A stretch of DNA of 64,000 nt from the human T2T-CHM13v2.0 reference genome, Homo sapiens: assembly GCF_009914755.1 (NCBI RefSeq), contig NC_060932.1, one strand, 5' to 3'. Position numbers and translations under genes: made by a program. Each line of letters begins with the position of its first letter. Positions within the stretch are counted from its first letter, which is position 1. A model generated the notes under the pieces. The model saw only the letters and a list, made by a program, of their open reading frames with translations. It did not search any database and was not told the DNA's origin. Of the stretch, positions 1 through 15,370 are shown piece by piece.

Positions 1-396
1 ACTAGAAATGACAACAATATCTCTTTCCCTTCTGTTTTTTTTTTTTTTTCTCTTTTTCTCTGAACAATTCCTGAAGTGCATATTTCATTCAGTCCATTCA
101 GGAAAATAAAATGGATATTTCAAGAAAATGGAGTCTGGCTTTAAGATAATTTTGACTGCATGCAAAATTAAAAAAAAATAATTTTTTCCAGGAAACACGA
201 GTTCAGGAAAAAAAAAAACAAATTTTTTACATATCTTACCATCAAAAGTAATTTCTACAGCATTCTAAACAGTGGGGAATAGAAAAATCCTATGAAGATG
301 GACAATTACCCACAATATAGAGTAAAGCCACCAAGCAGAAAAAGAATTTTCATAGATAGTAAACAGTTTGTTGCTGTCTACTAATTCTGAAAATTA

Positions 397-450
<54 letters not shown>

Positions 451-528
451 TGTGTGTGTGTGTATATATATATACACACACACATACATACACATAAAAA
501 TGGATCTATCTATCTATCTATCTATCTA
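397..528. repeat. Compound microsatellite (TG)n(TA)n ... (TG)n(TA)n(CA)n ... (TCTA)n
   Basis: Directly visible; explains the low-complexity ORF 368..589. Confidence 0.95.
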
Positions 529-1216
529 CATATTCTTACCAAAGTCACTATCTAAAGTTGAGTTCTCAATAGGGCTTTCAATTCTATAAGTAATCTGGAA
601 AAACACTAAATTTCTTTTTATATTTTGGAGCCATCTCCAAAACCAACTTCAATTCATAGGAGCTAAAATTGAAAGAATAAGACAGGGCACAAAAGAAAAA
701 GCTCAAACAGGAGAAGAAAGATGAAAAATTTGCAACTATTCTCCAAAGTGAGTTGAAATTATTTAAAAAAACCTAAGAATTAAATGTCAAATATGAAACG
801 ATAGGAATTTTTCTTTTATCAACATTCTCTTAACATTAAGAATGACAGTAACATCAAATTTCTATGAATTAAGTTTACATTACTCAGAAAGCATGACAAA
901 TATATTAATAGTAAATGAATTAAACAAAGGTCTCAAATCCAATTATAGTTGCAAATACTTGTCAAATTTTTTCTTCCTAAAATTGCCATTTAAAGTTCAA
1001 ATAAAAACAAAATAAAATCTTGAAATTCCCTTTAAGTAATTTTAATGCATAATATAGTTAAATAAATTAAAAGTAATTTTAGTATTAAGTCTTTAGTTAG
1101 AAGTAACCTTAGCCAATACCAAGATTGTGATGACTCATAAACACACTCTTCCATACTGTGCCAGTTAACAAACTGTTGAAATTATGGTCTGTTACTGTTT
1201 TGGAAAAAATGGTATT

Positions 1217-1598
1217 ATTTTAAAATACATATTTCAGGGATACAAGGGCAGGTTTCTCACATGCATTTATTTCACAGTGGTGGAGTCTGGGCTTTTAGTG
1301 TTCTCATCCCCCTAGTAGTGACCATTGTACCCAATAGGTAATTCTTCAACCCTCACCCTCCTCCCACTCCCTTACCTGTGGTAGTCTCCAATGTCCATTA
1401 TTCCACTCTCTATATCTACATGTACCAATGGTTTAGTCCCGACTTATAAGTGAGAATATGGAGTATTTGGCTTTCTGTTTCTGTGTAACTTTATTAAGGA
1501 TAATGGTCTCCAGTTCCATCTATGTTGCTGCAAAGACTTTCTTTTTATAGCTGAGTTGTATTCAATGGTATACATATACCATATTATCTTTATCCATA
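1217..1598 (-). mobile_element. L1 3'UTR fragment (L1PB/L1MA age)
   Basis: Antisense L1 3'UTR motifs (cttataagtgagaatatggagtatttggctttctg, ccagttccatctatgttgctgcaaag). Confidence 0.85.
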
Positions 1599-2732
1599 GA
1601 TTAAATTTTGACTACCATTGTTCTTGCTTTAAAACAGAGGTCTTTTGTTGAAAAACAATATTTCTATTCTTGGAAAAGCATGAAGGCTAGAATCAGACTC
1701 ACGAGAAAATAAAACTAGTTTAAGGAAAGTTAACGTTTAAATTAGGCAAGGAAGATATGCTTGACAAAGATAGTTTCCACTGAGCCACTCTCCCTATCTA
1801 TTTTTCTAAATTCAAGTCATGGCCAATAAATAGAAGTTCCTATTCCAATGGGTATTCTAGTTCTTATTGTTAGCTTTTACTCACTAACAATAAAGAAGAG
1901 TGTTTTTCATGACACTCTTAACTTTTGCCAAAGGAATCTGTTTTTTTTTTTTTACACGAAGATGTACATCAAAATAATTCTTCACATTGATAGAAACAGT
2001 ACATGAAAATTTAGTCAATAATCTTTGTTTGACACCAAAGCAATCACATTGCCCAGCGGTGAGAAAGAAGCTTCTTCAAGAGCAATAAGGAGCTACATTA
2101 TACTATACTTTTAAAATTCAAGCTATTTCTAAAATTTTATGGCATTAAATAAGCTAAAAGCATGTTTAATTAAATTAATACAGTCAAAACACATTTTGAA
2201 TAACCTATTGTATAGGAGATGAGAATCCAAACAATTTGGCTAATTTTAAAATTCTCCTTGGGAATTGAATGATGATGAAGAAGAAATTCAACTCTGTAAT
2301 TGAGTCAAGTGTCATTAAATAAACATCTAGGAATATATTTAAAAATCTTGAATCAAACATTTAAAAACTAATAATATAAATAGATAAAATGAAAAGAAGT
2401 AATGAAATGAGAGATAATTGGCCTTGGGATTAAAAAACATCAGAAATGGAGATTAAACTATAAGGTATCTATAAACAACAGATTTGAAAGTAAGTTCAAT
2501 AAAGAGTACAAAATTAAAATGAGAAAACTATCATGAAAATAAAAATAAAATAAGAACTAAGTAAATGTGATCAAAAGAAAAAATGATTAAAATAAGAGAA
2601 GTAAAAAAGATCCAAATTAACCACAGAGACCTTGAAAAAGGAAAAACAAAATAAAGTAAGGTAAGTAATATGTAAAACTATTATCTAAGAAAATTTTCTG
2701 TATATAAAATGGGAAATAAGTTTAATGAAATG

Positions 2733-3288
2733 GGTATATTTTTGTTCTATGCTGCATAATAAATTAGCATGAATTCAGCAACTTTAGGTTATCATCTCAT
2801 AATTGCTACAGATCATGATTCTGGCTATGTCTTAGTGAGTCTTTAGCTCAGTATCTCAGAAGGCTGCAAAGTATCAGCTGAGCTGTGTTCTCTTCTGAAG
2901 GCTTGGCTAGGAGGGAAGTGCTGTTGGCAGAATTCATTTTCTTGCAGCTGTATTACTGAGTGCCCGGCTTCTTCATTGATATCAGTCTGAGACCACTGTC
3001 ATGTCCTAGAGCCCACACACGGTTTTCTGCTACCTAACATTTCCACCAATATTTCAAAACATGGCAGTTTGCTTCCTTAAATATCAAAGGAAAGTAAGAA
3101 GAAATTTGCTAGGAAGATGCTATCTTATATAGCATAACAAAATCGTGGAAGCGACATGCGTTTGCTAAATTCAATTGGTTAGAAGAAAGTCACAGTTCCC
3201 TTCCATATTCAAGGAGATATAATTATGTATGAGCGTAAATATCAGAAGGCAGGGATCATTCATGGTCATCTTAAGATCTCTGTTACAT
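2733..3288 (-). mobile_element. MaLR LTR, MLT1 family (diverged)
   Basis: gctgttggcagaattcattttcttgcagctgt and ttggttagaagaaagtcacag resemble antisense MLT1. Confidence 0.7.
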
Positions 3289-4254
3289 AAGCCAATCAAG
3301 TTTAAAAGATTCAACCAGCAACAAACTAAAACAAGTTGAAAATCCCCGTTTTACTTTGCCTTCGTAATTTACAGTGTCTCCGTAAGAAAATGCTATTCAA
3401 ACAACTGTAGAGTATAAATAAATCAAGAGTTACAACATGAAGTAAATTAAAAAATAAATTAAAGTGTAAAAAGAAAATGCATTGAAATTAAAAACCAAAT
3501 TAGCAATAAAAATTCTCAACAAAAATTTTACAAAATAATTTTTAAAAGAAAGAAAAAAACTAAATATCAGCATATTGGAATATATTGGTTAATAGTTTTT
3601 ATCTTTTTTCTAGTTATAACCAAAACTTCCATCTTCTTTGTATATTCTCTACTTTCAAATATTTTGTTAAGTAATACTTCATCTGTAAATATGTATTAAA
3701 TATTTGCTGTTAATTACCGTATACCAGGCACTGTGGTAGGCATGCCTTCATGTCTTCAACTCTTAACAATATAATATCTTTATAAGCTGGAGCCCTCAAT
3801 TTTTAACTGGAAGTACATTCCGCACTTACAAGTAAGTACAAATACAAATTCCGGAGAAGCAATCTAATACTTTGCTCTTTGTTTCCATTATACTCATACT
3901 CTTTGCCTCATTTGGTGATGATGATACTTGTTTCCTCTTTGTCTCCGCCATACTGCATTTTCTCAGGACTTGACTCCCCTTATTCATACTAGAATATCTG
4001 CTTCTAATTAACCTTTTATCTCTGCTCTCTGCTCTGGATTTGCCATATATCTAGAGCCACAGAAGAGAAGTTTCTCCATCTTGAATCACATGGGATCTTA
4101 CTAGATGGACAAGCATCCCTGGTTGTCAATATGGGGGAAAGAAGATTAATGTCAGCCTGAGCACCAAACAGCCTAGCTCGGAAACATCTCCAATATATTT
4201 CTTTCTGCTTCAATCAACGTCACCTTCATTATCATCTCCCCCATCATCATCATG

Positions 4255-4495
4255 AATACCACTGAACGTTTGTCATGTAACTCCAAATATTCAGGACAAA
4301 TTGAATGCTAAACACTTTGAGTACATTAAATTAAGTCAGATGATTATCTCTTGAAATTTTATTATCACCATTTTAGAACAACTGAACAACCCCACTTTCA
4401 CAGAGGTTAAATGACTTGTCCAATATCTAGTTAATGTCAGAGCTAAAATTCAAGTACTAGTGTCTCTGTTTTTAAATCAGTTAACCACCGCACTC
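4255..4495 (-). mobile_element. MIR SINE fragment
   Basis: Core motif cagaggttaaatgacttgtccaa. Confidence 0.65.
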
Positions 4496-5257
4496 AACTG
4501 CCTCCAGTTACCAGTGTTTATTGAGTGTTTAGGGTGTATTACAACTTAAAACTGTATTTCTTTCAATATTTAGTTATAACAATCTTTTGCCACATACATT
4601 ATTGATTTAAGAACATTAACTTCATTTTAGAACAGAGTTGATTTCTCAAAACTTTGTAGTAATAATTTCATTGATAAAAGTTAAAGTTATAGGGTTGTAG
4701 ATAACAAAGTCACATAAAATCTCTTTGCCAGCTTTATTGAAAATAGATTAAATCTATATATAAAACCTCAAAATCCATGATTATGAAAACTGAGACAATT
4801 ATTAAAAGGAGCTGCTTTTCTGTAATGAGAGGAGACTGCAAAGTGAGCAAAATAATTCAAAGATGTACACAAGTTGATGTTATAAATTAAACCAAATCTC
4901 TTTGACCTCTAAAATATAAAGAGCAAAAATGAAGACCTGTTGTTAAGCTCAGTGAAAGATCTCAGTAAACAATAAGATGAGAATGTACTCTGTGTCATAT
5001 ACATTCAACACAGGTGAGTCACATTACATGGACTGTTGATCTCCAACCTGCTACATCTCCTGGGTAAAGTAAGAGTTACCCCAGAACTAACTTTGAAATA
5101 ACTCAAGATTTTACTCCCAAGAAAAATTTTCTAGTCCTTCAAAAGGAAAAAATAATATCAGAATAAGTTATACATGACAACTAAGCCTAACAATTACCAA
5201 CATAACAGTTAATATGAAGGTTTTTGAAAACACAAAAGCTACGTAGGTTCATCATGT

Positions 5258-5261
<4 letters not shown>

Positions 5262-5308
<47 letters not shown>
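5262..5308. repeat. (CA)n microsatellite
   Basis: Directly visible. Confidence 0.97.
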
Positions 5309-5309
<1 letters not shown>

Positions 5310-5690
5310 CCAAAGAACACAGTGCATTCAATACTTTATGATTCATTGGTAGAGGAAGATCCCATTTATAAATTGATTTCAGTAGACTATGCATTTTATA
5401 AACTATATAACATATCATTGCCAAATCACTAGTTATGTATACAGTTGTGTTATTAGGAGTAAGAGGCTGATATAAAAAACAGAGATAGGCCAAACAGAAA
5501 AGGGGTATGGATCAGAGAAGATATACAGAAGTAAGCAAACAAGTTATTGTGTACCCATTTGATGTCCCTAAGGCCTGGAAGAGTGTAAGAATGAAGGAAT
5601 AAGCGTTCTTGTACATATTGCATGCCAACATAAATGATGAACATCAGGGTGGCAATGCTTTTGTGTGGTCTTTGGTAATTGAACAGAGTG

Positions 5691-5796
5691 TTAAATATAC
5701 TATATAGTATATACTATATGCTAATATACTATATAGAGTATATACTAATATGCTATTAATATACTATATAGTATATACTCTATATAGTATATTTAA
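5691..5796. repeat. AT-rich inverted-repeat (quasi-palindromic) tract
   Basis: ttaaatatactatatag (5691-5707) is the reverse complement of ctatatagtatatttaa (5780-5796); internal inverted copies also present. Confidence 0.85.
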
Positions 5797-6479
5797 GGTT
5801 CTCATTAAGCTCTGAAAGCCAAAAAAGGTAAAATTATAAATGAAATTATTTAATAATTGGGCTTGTGGAAAAATTTGATTTGGGAGCCTCTTTCTCAAGC
5901 CCTCCTTCATAGGTAGATGGCTCGGTTGTCTACTTCTCTGTATCCTCTAGCAGAATGTAATTAGATGATGAAAACATCTTTTTTTCACTTTATATATAAT
6001 CTGGCAAATAATAATCATTCAATAAATGTTTACTTGTGAATAAGATTATGTCAACAGATGGTTACTGTCATAATATGGGTTTGCTATAGAACATTAGATT
6101 CTATATACTAATATTCAAGTTCAGTAAACTACATCTGAACATTTATGAGGCTGCCCACATGCAGAAGCATAGAATAGAATACACCCTCTCTGTGCATTCT
6201 GGCCTAGAATAGTGAAGCCCAGGAGACATGAGCTATGCACATCTATCTCTTCTTTCAGATTCTCTAATAGGTTAGGTTATTCTTCCTTCCTTAGGAAGAA
6301 ATAGAGATTGGTAGAAAGCTAAGTCACAAGTATTCTCACTAAAGTCCCTCCTCCATGAGAATATAATATGAGGAAAATGGAGGATTTCCTCTAATTTTCG
6401 CCACTAGGTGTTGAGACAAAGCCAGAGTATGATGTGAGATCCACATGTGTGCTTTTACTTCTTTCTACCAAATTCTTCT

Positions 6480-6820
6480 TTAAAAACTTTTATTTTAATT
6501 TCAGGGGTACAAGTGCAGGTTTGTTACATAGGTAAACTTTTGTCATGGGGATTTATTGTACTGTAGGTTATTTCATCATCCAGGCATTAAGCCTAGTACC
6601 CATCAGTTATTTTTCCTTTTCTACTCCCTCCTTCCAACCTCCTCCCTCTGATAGGCCCCAGTGTGTGTTGTTCCCCTCTATTTGTCCATGAGTTCTCATC
6701 ATTTATATCCCACTTATACATGAGAATATGCAGTATTTGGTTTTCTGTTTGGGTGTTAGTTTGCCAAGTATAGTGGCCTCCAGCTCCATCCATATTCCTG
6801 AAAAGAACATGATCTCACTT
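6480..6820 (-). mobile_element. L1 3' end (older L1PA)
   Basis: ggggtacaagtgcaggtttgttacataggtaaac ... cacttatacatgagaatatgcagtatttgg. Confidence 0.9.
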
Positions 6821-8640
6821 AATTCTATCATGCATTGAATGGAACAAATTGAAGAAAGCATAAGGTTCATGCATGATGTAACTTAAAAGAGAGGTATATT
6901 TATTTCAATTCCGATGTAGCAAATTGCTGAAACTAATACAACATTGCTGAAACAACTGTAAATTATCATCAGGATCATCAGGGTTAGCCCAACATCTGTC
7001 TACAGAGGGAAAACCTCAGCTACCTTTTTAAAACTTTTAAACAAAATATAGCATAAAGTCTTACATATTTTAGAGGTACAAAATATTTATTGGCTGTCTA
7101 ATGAACTGATTCCATAATGACTTAAGAGACTAAGAAGCTATTGCTCTTAGCAGTGCCAATATATATAGTGTTTATAAGCTTACATGTCAAAAATAGGGAT
7201 ACATCACTAAGCACTAATCACTATGATTAACATAAGATCCCTCAACGGGGCAAAAAATAATTAAATGTTACAGTATATGCAAAAAAAAAATCCTGTGGAT
7301 TTTAATATCAGTACAATTTAATTTCTTACCATCCATACACATATTTTCACCTCTCATAAAACTAGGAAAAATTACACATGTAGAAATAATTATAGTATTT
7401 AAACATTTATTTCTCAAATAACTCATACATTGTTAGTCTAGTCATCACACAACATGAAAACATATACAAACACCAACATACACATTCAAAATCACGGTAA
7501 CCATCTTTAACCATAAATACAGTGAAAGATATTAAAACACTTGCAGTAAAGGAGGGAATGAAGTACAGACTCTAGCATGTCTAATCAAAATGCCACAAAT
7601 GGCATTTAATTCATGTTTCAGACCCACAGAGCTCTACAAGGATATTTATCCTGGACACAGTAATTGATACCCTTCATACCTTCGTGACAGCATGCACTGT
7701 GACTCTGTTATACATCTGTATCATGTAAATATGTGCCCAGAATTTGTTCATTCTATTTTTCTTTTCATGAGGACCTAGAATGGTCCAGACTAGTATACCT
7801 CCTTATTGTTTCAGACATCAGAGTTGATACAAAATGTCCAGCGTGTGTGTATTTGAAATTTCACGTTATGCATGTGTAATTGATAAGTGAAGGGGAATGT
7901 GTGAAATGCATAATTTTCCTTAAAATGTTAAGCTTGCACAGCTGTTTTTGTCATCTTTTGTACAGGGATAAAAATCAGACATATTTTACATTGATAATAT
8001 CATAAATGCCATGAAGTTTCAAAGATACAAATAGTCCACATATGAAAACACACATAAAATTTATAATAAAATAACTCCCTTTCAACATACAAAATTAATA
8101 AAATGATTGAACATATACAGAAAGGTAAGTGAACATATGGTACACTGTTTTTCATAAAGGAGTATAATCATATTATCTTCCCAATTTACATATTATGTTC
8201 ATTTAAAATGAAGCCAGATTGAATCTTACTTTAGCGTTCTCTCGCTACTCTTCTTGATTTGAGGAAAAAAATCATATATATGTATAACTAAATTTAGAGG
8301 CTCCACAGGATAGTTAAAAATAATCTTTGCTCCTCAAAACTTTCAAAGAGAATTTCCCATAGCATCCATAGACTTGCAAATATTTTACCTTATTTTATTT
8401 ATTGAAAAAATCTGCTGTGATAAACCAGTCATGCCATAAAATGGTTATAAAACTAGGTTTTTTGTTGTTGGTGGCAGGGGTGTTTCTAATCAATAAAAGG
8501 AAAATTACAGAAGAAAGAAAAATAGGAATACAGAAAGAGAGAATAGAGAAAAGAGCATAGGAAGAAGAGAAGGGATAGAGGGAGGAAGAAGTAAAGAAAA
8601 ATAAGAAGGAAAAAGATTTTTGAGGTAGATTCATCAGTCA

Positions 8641-9200
8641 TTATTTGTTTATTTGTTTATTTTCAACTTTTATTTTAGATTCAGGGCCACGTGTGCAGGT
8701 TTGTTATGTGGATATACTGCATAGGATGCAAGATTTGGGGTATGATTGATCCCATCACCCAGATAGTGAGCATAGTACCCAATTGTTAGTTTTTTCAATA
8801 CTTGCTCTCCCCCTTCTTCCTCCCTCTAGTATTCTCCAGTGCCTATTGCTCCCATCTTTATGCCCATGAGTGCCTAATGTTTAGCTCCCACTTATAAGTG
8901 AGAACATGTGGTATTTGATTTTCTGTTTCTGGGCTAATTTGCTTAGGTTAATGGCCTCCAGCTGCATCTATGTTGCTGCAAAGGACATGATTTTATTCTT
9001 TTTTATGGCAGTGCAATATTCCATAAGGTATACGTACCACGTATTCTTTAATCAGTTCACCATTGACAAGCAGCTAGATTGATTCCATGTCAATGTTATT
9101 GTGAATAGTGCTGTGATGAACATACAAGTTCCTGTGTCTTTTTGGTAGAACAATGTATTTCTTTTGAATATACATCCAGTAATGGGATTGCTGGGTCAAA
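8641..9200 (-). mobile_element. L1 3' end (L1PA16/L1PB age)
   Basis: T-rich tail, then gtgtgcaggtttgttatgtgg ... cacttataagtgagaacatgtgg ... gggattgctgggtcaaa. Confidence 0.9.
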
Positions 9201-9729
9201 AGCTAGTTATAAGTTCTTTAAGAGATCCAGGAGAAAATTTAATTCAAGACAGGAAAGAAAAGATCTTCTATTCTTATTTAAGGCCATTTATTTCTTTCAA
9301 TATTTTTTCAATATTTTTATTTCAATATTTTATTATAAATTATCATTGGAAAATAAAATAACTATTTCTTATTCACAATAATATATTTTATTAGTAAGAT
9401 CAAAATTAGGACATTCCTACAAGTCATTATCATTTTATCATTTACCAATTAAATTACAACTTATCTAATATTAATGGCTGCTCTGTTTTCAAACTCTCCA
9501 CATAAACCATTAATGCAACCACTAAAACTGAAATGATAAAAGCCAGGAAATGTACAGTAATAATTGTATTACTTTAAAAATATTTTATTAAAGCTGGAAC
9601 CATGTCACTGGCTCACAAGAATTGAAAAAATTTTATAACTTTACTTTTTAATTAAAAGTTTTAATATATGTAGAAACCATTTATTTGCATTTATTAATTT
9701 GCCTAGAATTTTAGCCATGTATGGATGAC

Positions 9730-9972
9730 TGTATTTTCCCAAACTGGCTGTAACAATGACTTTTTACAATGTGTCCTAAATCCTGTTACCATATAGTGAG
9801 GAAACCCAAGCAGCCTGTAGAGAGGTCCTGTGAAGGGTAACCACTGAGGGAGCAGAGGCAGACTGCTCTAGAGCCCAGCCCAAACTGAAGATAATTGATC
9901 AAAATAAATGATCGTTATTTTAAGCCACTAAGATTTAGCATGGTTAGTTATGTAGAAATAGAGAACTAGAAC
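9730..9972 (+). mobile_element. MLT1 LTR fragment
   Basis: 3' LTR motif gttattttaagccactaagatttagcatggttagttatgtag. Confidence 0.7.
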
Positions 9973-10576
9973 TTCATTATACTCAAATGCTTTAGCCTCA
10001 ATCACAATTAAATACATTTCTCAATCTGACTAGGAGACAAAAGGGGACCAAAGTTATGTTCACCTTGGAAATTATATTCAATAGAAAGGGGCTTTGAGCA
10101 ATAACAAATTTCTGGGGAACTAGAAGAAAAATATATTACTATCAGTGGGATCAGCAAAGAAGGTGACTGTTAGAATTTTAGTATTAAAAAAGACCAGACA
10201 TAATGGCAGAAGTGAGAAAAGACCCAGAACAGAAAGAATCATGAATAGCATTCATAATATTTTGAACTTTATTTTCTAAGCTATAAAATATACTTAAGGA
10301 TTAGGTATGATAAATCATGAAGCTGAATGAAAATGACAAGACATACAGAACAAAATTAAAGGCAATATCAAAGATCTGGATGAGAAGTAAAGACAACCTA
10401 GAGAAAGCAATCACATAATATGAGGAATAACAGGTTGTACAGTGTAAAAATGGGTAAGAGCTTGAGGGGCAGAGTGGAGAATCACTACCCTATGACAGCT
10501 TGAGTGACCGTTTGCGTTATGATTGTCATTAACCAGAAGGATAAAATGGAGGAGGAGCATATTTGGAAAGAAAATA

Positions 10577-12470
10577 CAGATTTGGCATCCCTAATCCAAA
10601 AATCCAAAATCTGAAATGCTCCAAAATCTGATGAGTGCTGACATGATGCCACAAGTGGAAAATTCCACATCTGACCTCATGTGACCTGTCACAGTCAAAA
10701 CGCAGATGCACAACATACAGATTATTCAACATCCTCAAGGAAAAAATGCCTTCCCAGACCACTTCATCTGCAATATATCTTTTCCACGCCCGCCAATATT
10801 TTCCCACAAAGGGTAATAAAATGATCCATGTGCCGGCCGAAATGCCAATGGCAGGTGTCCCACCATGTCCCATGTGGGGCCAAGACTTACGCACATTTTT
10901 TCACTATGTTTGTTTTGCTTATTCTCTGCTCTGTGCTATAAAGGTGCTATTGAAAAATGTCAAAAAGATCTACAGATACCCCTATGAGTAATAATGATAA
11001 GAAAAAGAGAAAGCATTTATGTTTATAGTACAGAAAGTCAAGCTGTTGGAGAAACTAGACAGTGGTTTAAGTGTGAAACATCTTATAGTGGAGTATGGTG
11101 TTGGAATAACCACCATATATAACATGAAAAAACAGAAGAATAAACTGTTAGAATTCTGAGTTGAGAGTGATCATCATAAGTTAATTTAAAAATAGGAAAA
11201 TATTACATAAAGCTAAAAATGAAGATCTTCAAAGTGTATTGAAAAAGTGGATCCATCAGCATCACAGTGAATACATGCCACTTAGTGATATGCTGGTCAT
11301 GAAACAAACAAAGTTCTATCACAGTGAACTTAAAATTTAAGAGAACTGTGAATATTCAACAGGCTGCTTGCAGAAATTTAAGAAAATACACAACCTTAAA
11401 TTGTTAACAACTTATAATGATAAAATATCTGCTGATCACAAAGCAGTGGCGAAATTCTTTGACAACTTTGCCAAAGTCATCCCTGGTGATATTCTGATGC
11501 CAGAACAAGTTTATAGCATGATGAAACATCACTACTTTGGCCTTATTGCCACAGAAAGACACTGACTATGGCTGATGAGAGAGCCCCTACAAGGGGCTTA
11601 TACCAAGGATGGAATAACTGTCCTGGGATGTGCTAATGCATCAGGTATGCATAAAGTGTAAACTTGCTGTAATAGGCAAGAACTTGCATCCTTGCTATTT
11701 TAAAAAGTGTATTTCTTACCAGTCCATTACTATGCTAATGAAAAGGCATGGACCACCAGAAACATCTTTTCTGATTGGTTTCACAAACACTTTGTACCAG
11801 CAGCTTGGTTCACGCTCCCTGCAGGTAAGTTGAACAGGATGACAACTGCAATATTGTGTAATTCCTTGACAAATGTTCTGCTCATCCTTCAGCTGAAATT
11901 CTCATCAAAAATAATTGTTATGTCATGTACTTTCCCCTAAATATGACTTTATTAATTTAGCCATATGATGAGGGTATCCTTTGATCAATTAGGAGTAAAT
12001 ATAAAAACACTTCATTAAACAGCATCCTAGCAGCAGTGAATAAAGGCATGGGCATGGAAATTTTTCAAAAGGAGTTTAGCCCGATGCATGCAATATTGCT
12101 GCTGTAAATGCTCGGAACACAGTTTCTAAAGACACAGTTAGTTATGCATGCATGCCTGGCACAACCTCTGACCTCTTACTATGACCAGTGATGATGATAA
12201 ACAAGGTGATGACTCTAAAGGATTCTGTGTCAACTGAGAAAAAAATGATGTCTGATCTCCTTATATATGTAAAAAATATATACCATCAGAGTCCATCAGT
12301 AGGCCAGAAGAATTGGATATAAGAAGATTTTAACATCAATAATAAGGACTTAATTGTTCATTCATTGGCCATTGGTGAAATAGACAAAATGGTTCTGATT
12401 CAAGGTGATTGTGATAATAGTGGCAACGAAGATGACGTTGCTAAAATTGCAGAAAAAGTGCCTGTAGACC
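10577..12470 (+). mobile_element. Tigger4 (Zombi) DNA transposon, 3'-truncated, with decayed pogo/Jerky-type transposase
   Basis: TA at 10575-10576, then TIR-like cagatttggcatccctaatccaaaaatccaaaatctgaaatgc; ATG at 10957 gives MSKRSTDTPMSNNDKKKRKHLCL; later fragment LPVHYYANEKAWTTRNIFSDWFHKHFVPA is DDE_1-like; many stops and frameshifts. Confidence 0.9.
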
Positions 12471-13199
12471 ATATTTATTCTTTTTTAAAACAAAAATTGT
12501 CACCAGACTACAACAAATTATATTTCAAGTATTGAGGTAAAAGAATTGTGAACCTACAGTTTAATATCAGTTAAATTTTCATTAAAAAATGAGGTCTACA
12601 AAACAGTGTTTTCTGTCAGAGTGAGATAATTTGACACATGCCTCTCTTAAACTGATATATCCATATTATCAGAACAGATTATAAATATTAATAATAATAT
12701 AAAATTTGGGGAATAAAGACTTTGATCTGTGTATTAAAAGACCACAAACATTAATAGGATGATCAACAATAATGCATATTCTAATATCACTAGATTTCCA
12801 AGTTAAGAAAATCCTTGGGGCATCTGAGCAAAATGGTCAAATTATTCAAAGAAAAAATACATTCGTCTCAGATTCTCCACAGCAAAATTTAATTCTAGCA
12901 CATATTTAAGAAATATCTAGAAGTCTTCAGAAAGAAACAGTTGATCTTAGAATATCTGGAGCTCAGTCTAACATTTTTCAATTAAAAAAGAAAGATAAAC
13001 ACTTTTGAAGACTCAGTAACTGAGAATACATTTTCAAGGTATTCAGAGAGACCTTTAGAAAATAAAATTCATACTGACTTTTTTAAATTCTATTGAAATA
13101 GTGTCTTCCTGCCAATTACATATTCAGTTGTTTGCTGTTAGGGCAGAGATGCTACTGATTTTCATATATTAATCTTATATTCATTTTTTGAGTAAGAAG

Positions 13200-14258
<1,059 letters not shown>

Positions 14259-14994
14259 GAAAAATATTTCTTAAACAAGGAGCAAAAGCATGACCATACA
14301 ATAAAGTGTTACTGTGTGTTTAACAATATTTTAAAAAACTTTTCTCTTGGCTCTGGGTAAAACTTTTTCTATAGCCTCATGGGAACCTCCTATGACTTAA
14401 GAGGATAGTGCCCTGTGAGACCACCTAAGAGAGTGGGAATAGAAATCATCCCAATGGTGCTCATTCTTCCCAGAAGGAGAACAGTTGAGATTAGAATCCT
14501 GGGATCTGGGGAATTTACCAGTCAGTTATTTAGGAAAAACAAGCAGAATATTGGTGAGAAGGAGTGTGAGGGAAGAGGTATGTGATGCACCACTTACAAT
14601 GGAATCAGAATGTGAGAACATTAAGTAGCAGCTCATAATGTTCTGTAACTCTTCCTCAGCTCCTAAGTCCTCCAAAGTTCTGTAACTGGCTCACTATCTG
14701 GTAACAGATGGGTTATACCAGACATCTTTCATCATGCAGAAATAATATTTTTTCCTTATTCCATTAATCAGTTACTATCTGCCATAATACTCCTCTAACA
14801 CCTGGGAATTCCACAGTGAATAGAATGGAAAAGGTAAATACTCACATGAAATTTACATTCCAGTAAAGAGTCAGATAACCTAATAGAAAAAATAATTTAT
14901 AAAATTTAGACTTACAGTAATGCCAAGAATAATTTTATTTTATTTTAAATAATTTAATTTTCACCGCACTGGTACAGCTAAGAAGAATTTCAGA

Positions 14995-15370
14995 CTGAGA
15001 ATAAATGTCAACTGTGGATTTGGATCTTCTTTCCTTGCTCTCCCTTACTCCATCAGCATGGATTGTCTTGGTCTTCCACCCATCATTATATTAAACTCAG
15101 CAACTCACTTCACAGAGAAGTTCATAAGAGAATGGCTAAGGGGAAAATCATACAGCCATTATCACTGAAAGTTTCATAGCAAATGACTAAAGCAATCATT
15201 ATTCAAAAGCTGCTGGCCTTATAGAAAAGTAAAATGGCTTGTTGAAAATCGAGGCTTGGAATCAAGGAGGGGACTTCCCTTGAGAGCTTATGAGGCCATC
15301 TTCAGCGTAAGGATGCGCTCTGACCAGCACCCCATATATAGTACTTTTTTGCATTGACAAAATACTCAGT
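14995..15370 (+). mobile_element. ERVL/MaLR internal remnant, integrase core
   Basis: Translates to THFT (15103-15114) and SKAAGLIEK*NGLLK (15203-15247), resembling the ERVL integrase GTHFT and HPEAAGLIERWNGLLK motifs. Confidence 0.6.

Noticed and set aside
5453-5644. Minus ORF ending FGLSLFFISASYS, loosely like SERINC GLILFLLCVFYS
   Set aside because: Hydrophobic low-complexity match with no donor site
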